The notes under the pieces were generated by a model. That model ran no database searches. It worked only from the letters and a program-made list of their open reading frames with translations, and was not told the DNA's origin. A stretch of 64,000 nucleotides of DNA, taken from Klebsormidium nitens. Its lineage: Eukaryota > Plantae > Klebsormidiophyceae. Numbering within the stretch: the first letter of the stretch is position 1; the number at the start of each line of letters is the position of its first letter. The stretch is taken from positions 4,104 to 68,103 of the forward strand of contig DF237453.1 in NCBI GenBank assembly GCA_000708835.1, in the 5' to 3' direction. Below, in pieces: positions 60,708 to 64,000 of the stretch. The translations under genes and the position numbers were made by a program.

Positions 60708-63700
60708 ATGGCTCCGCGACGAGCTAGGGTCGTCGATGATGAGACGTCTTCAAAAGATGATCCTCCCAGCAAACGGACAAGGTCTCATAATCCAGCTCCC
60801 TCATATGCCAGGTCAACCAATGGAGGGGATGCCGATCCAACAAGAAACGAGGAGAATATGGATCCGAGAAGAGCGGCAGCGAGCAATGATATTACTGCGC
60901 AGATACGCAACATGCAGGCACCGCTGTCCCCAAGAAATGCCAATGCACAAGGTCAAGCCGCTCGTAAAAAGAAGACCGCAGGAGTTCCAATGACAGAAGC
61001 AATGGGGGTTGCAAGTCGTGCAGATCAGGGTGAGCATTCTGTTTGCCCCTTTGCATGAGGTCCATTATCAAGCCTGGGTTCTCAGCGAAAGGTCTACAGG
61101 GAAATAGAGTTTCCAGTAGCGATGGAAGTCCGCTTTCAATTTGATGCATTGTGGCAGGGTACATTATTGAGATCTGTCCTGCAAATAAAAATGGTGCCTG
61201 TAGAAAGAGCATTGTTGAACCAACCTTTACATTTCTGCAGAGATATAGCGCAATCTGGTCATGTGACTCATTTTGAGACACATTGAATCTTGGCTAGGTC
61301 CAAACAGAAGCCAATTCGTAGATTGATGAAGGACAGGGTTGGCCATTTTCATTTAGTGAAAACCTTCTCAATTGAGCATATGTCTTTTACAGAGTAATTT
61401 CATTCAGCTTGGGTGTTGTCTCTCGTTAACACAGCAATCACATTAATCAACTTTTAACTCGTGGGGTTTTCCCAAGCATTGAGCTGCGAGTGTAGCTGCA
61501 AGTTTGAGATCAGAAGCAAAGATGTCCGACTTTAGAATGGCATTGTTGCTGGGTCACTTGATGAGTAGAGGGTGGTCAAAAAAACTTCAGCAGAGCATCA
61601 TGTTCTATCAGATCTTTTGAATACTGTCAGGTCCATCTATGTATGCGTGCCAGGGAAAAGAATCTCCATTTGCCTTCACTCTGGTCACAGTCTGAGCAGC
61701 GAAGCTGTCAGTACAGAAGAAAGAATGTAACTAGTGTTTGCTTTTTCTTCTCAGATCAAACACTCAATGCGACTCAGATGGTCAAATTTGAGAGGGCAAA
61801 GGCAAAGGTCAAGGAGTGCAAGGCCAAAATTGGGACCCTAGAGAAGGAAAACAAGGATCTGCGCGTCGTGAACTTGTCCCTGGAAAAGAGCTTGGCGGCC
61901 ATGAGAGATCGGTATGAGCTGCCGGACTACCTGAAACCAGAGCACCTAAAGGTAGGTAGATCCATATAATTGCACCTTCATATTTTTTTCCAAGGCTCAA
62001 AAGCCTGTATTAATGAAGGATGACACTAATTTTTGATAATCCTAGAATTGAAGGTCATCGGCTCAGTCACGGTGGTCGCAGCCACAGTGTCATAGGTGTG
62101 CAACAGAACTTCTTGGTTATGCAGCGCACGCCTGGTTCTTGCTGCCAGTGTAAATGCGTGACTGGCTCCATCCTGGAGCGTTTCTGTTTCATATCATCAA
62201 GCTTAGGGGTTTAAAGATANNNNNNNNNNNNNNNNNNNNNNNNNNNNNNNNNNNNNNNNNNNNNNNNNNNNNNNNNNNNNNNNNNNNNNNNNNNNNNNNN
62301 NNNNNNNNNNNNNNNNNNNNNNNNNNNNNNNNNNNNNNNNNNNNNNNNNNNNNNNNNNNNNNNNNNNNNNNNNNNNNNNNNNNNNNNNNNNNNNNNNNNN
62401 NNNNNNNNNNNNNNNNNNNNNNNNNNNNNNNNNNNNNNNNNNNNNNNNNNNNNNNNNNNNNNNNNNNNNNNNNNNNNNNNNNNNNNNNNNNNNNNNNNNN
62501 NNNNNNNNNNNNNNNNNNNNNNNNNNNNNNNNNNNNNNNNNNNNNNNNNNNNNNNNNNNNNNNNNNNNNNNNNNNNNNNNNNNNNNNNNNNNNNNNNNNN
62601 NNNNNNNNNNNNNNNNNNNNNNNNNNNNNNNNNNNNNNNNNNNNNNNNNNNNNNNNNNNNNNNNNNNNNNNNNNNNNNNNNNNNNNNNNNNNNNNNNNNN
62701 NNNNNNNTCATCAAGCTTAGGGGTTTAAAGATATCTTGTCCCACCAACGGGGCGAGGGGGTTACATTCCTTTGCTTATTATCATGGAGAGGCCTGCTCAT
62801 TTTCATACCTTCAGACATTTGTCCTGCTACAAAGGGCAGACCTTGTTGTTGTAGCTCGCCCTTCGCTCATCCTTCATTCTGATTGTCACCTGAGTCGCAA
62901 GTGAAGTTGACCCCTAACATTTTTCTTGTTGTGTTTTGGTTGCAGAAGATTGCCAAGCGCGTCATCTCCGCATTTCTGCGTGGCGACCAGTTCTACAGTG
63001 ACCTGTATCCAACCATGGACAACGTATACAAGGTCTTCCTCGCCGAGCAGGACCTGGCCCACAGCAGTGACCGCAGGAGGTTCAAGGACTACTGGGACAG
63101 CAAGTACGGGCAAAAAGTGATGACTAAGCTTGGGGACCGGCGCTCCAAGTTGGGGGGCAGGTTTCGTAAGCTGCTTGGCGAGGAGGTCAAGTGCGTGCCC
63201 ATGCCTCAGTTTCCAGACGACGAGGAGGAAGCAGCGGCGAGACAAGCCATTCGGGACAAGTTTGCTTCAGGTAACTTCCTCTCTTGAAGTCAAGGAAACA
63301 ATCACCTGTCAAATATTAGGGTAATCTTCCATGCGAACGCGTTTGTCACCCTTGCTGAGTGAGAAAATGGATTGCACCGAAGTCATCTTTCCCAGGTCAG
63401 CTTGTCATCTGAAGAATGCTTTACTTCGTGCTGGCAATTGTGCTTTCGTCTGGGGCTGATCCTAAAATCTGTATATGGCAAACGTGTCCAGATCTCGCGA
63501 TTGAGAAGAGACCGATTAACATTCAAGCGGCGCTTTGATAAGTCTTGACGACATCCAAATAATCGCACGTCAACTCTTGAGACGTCTGATGCGGGCTACA
63601 GTCTGCGTCTCTTGGGAAGTCTGTGAGTGAGTGGTCAATGCGATACATCTTGCTGTCCTTAATCCTTTACCAAGAAGTCTGGATTTGCGGTGAATTCTCG

Positions 63701-64000
63701 GAAATGAATCACTGGCAGGAGATAGAAGCACTCGTGGAAGGTTCATGAGACCTTGTGTTGAGGTGCTTCTTATCTGAAACAACCAATAATTGAATATTAC
63801 ACTATACTACAACAGCAAACTCATCAAAACCCTCGAGTTTTTCCTTATAATGCAGATAAGATTTGGATCGCGGGGCCCAATGCATTCCAGAATACGGAAA
63901 ACGGGGAGATTGCGTACGAGGAGAGCGAGGGGGACGAGCCGGAACCTCTGAAAGGACGTGTTTTTCGGGTTGCATATGCCGGCACGATTGAAGCGGCGCT
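60708..64000 (+). CDS. Unknown protein with basic N-terminus, coiled coil and helical domain; 3'-truncated by the window edge
   Basis: Phase-compatible exons 60708 (or 60570)-61029, 61755-61951 (KFERAKAKVKECKAKIGTLEKENKDL heptads), 62946-63270 (KIAKRVISAFLRGDQFYSDLYP...), 63856 to the end (DKIWIAGPNAFQ...). The N gap lies inside intron 2 and could hide an exon. Confidence 0.7.
62220..62706. other. Assembly gap (N run)
   Basis: Run of N; the same 26-mer tcatcaagcttaggggtttaaagata occurs on both sides. Confidence 0.98.

Larger units (their letters stand above)
52708..64000. mobile_element. Putative Plavaka/CMC-superfamily DNA transposon (transposase plus divergent accessory gene); termini not located
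   Basis: Transposase gene as above plus a head-to-head second gene. No terminal inverted repeat pair or target-site duplication could be identified inside the window. Confidence 0.55.

Noticed and set aside
62154-62747. ORFs of 188 aa and 178 aa
   Set aside because: Artefacts of translating through the N gap.

Overview
Eukaryotic nuclear genomic DNA with many short GT-AG introns, so the six-frame ORFs are exon fragments or antisense shadows. Gene content (thylakoid Tat-targeted PsbP-fold protein, PR-1/CAP, UPL5-type HECT ligase) and a TTTTAGGG-like telo-box point to a green-lineage organism, most plausibly a streptophyte alga such as Klebsormidium (inference). Manual splicing with phase checks gave these genes: a MUT-7/EXD3-like DEDDy exonuclease with a possible long unrecognised C-terminal extension (+, 8.7-16.4 kb); a PsbP-domain lumen protein (-, 19.1-23.8 kb, probable first exon at 27.8-28.1 kb); a secreted PR-1/CAP protein with a repetitive N-terminal extension and CAPE-like tail (+, 29.4-32.8 kb); an unknown low-complexity protein with a predicted jelly-roll domain (+, 36.8-40.5 kb); and a UBL-HECT E3 ligase (+, 42.1-45.9 kb). 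The right end holds two tandem decayed paralogous genes (-, 47-51.2 kb), an apparently uninterrupted 13-exon Plavaka-type (CACTA/Mirage/Chapaev-related) transposase gene (-, 52.7-59.4 kb), and, head-to-head with it, an unknown coiled-coil gene that runs off the window across an N gap. No rRNA, tRNA, CRISPR array or prokaryotic operon was recognised. All calls are by eye; no searches were run.
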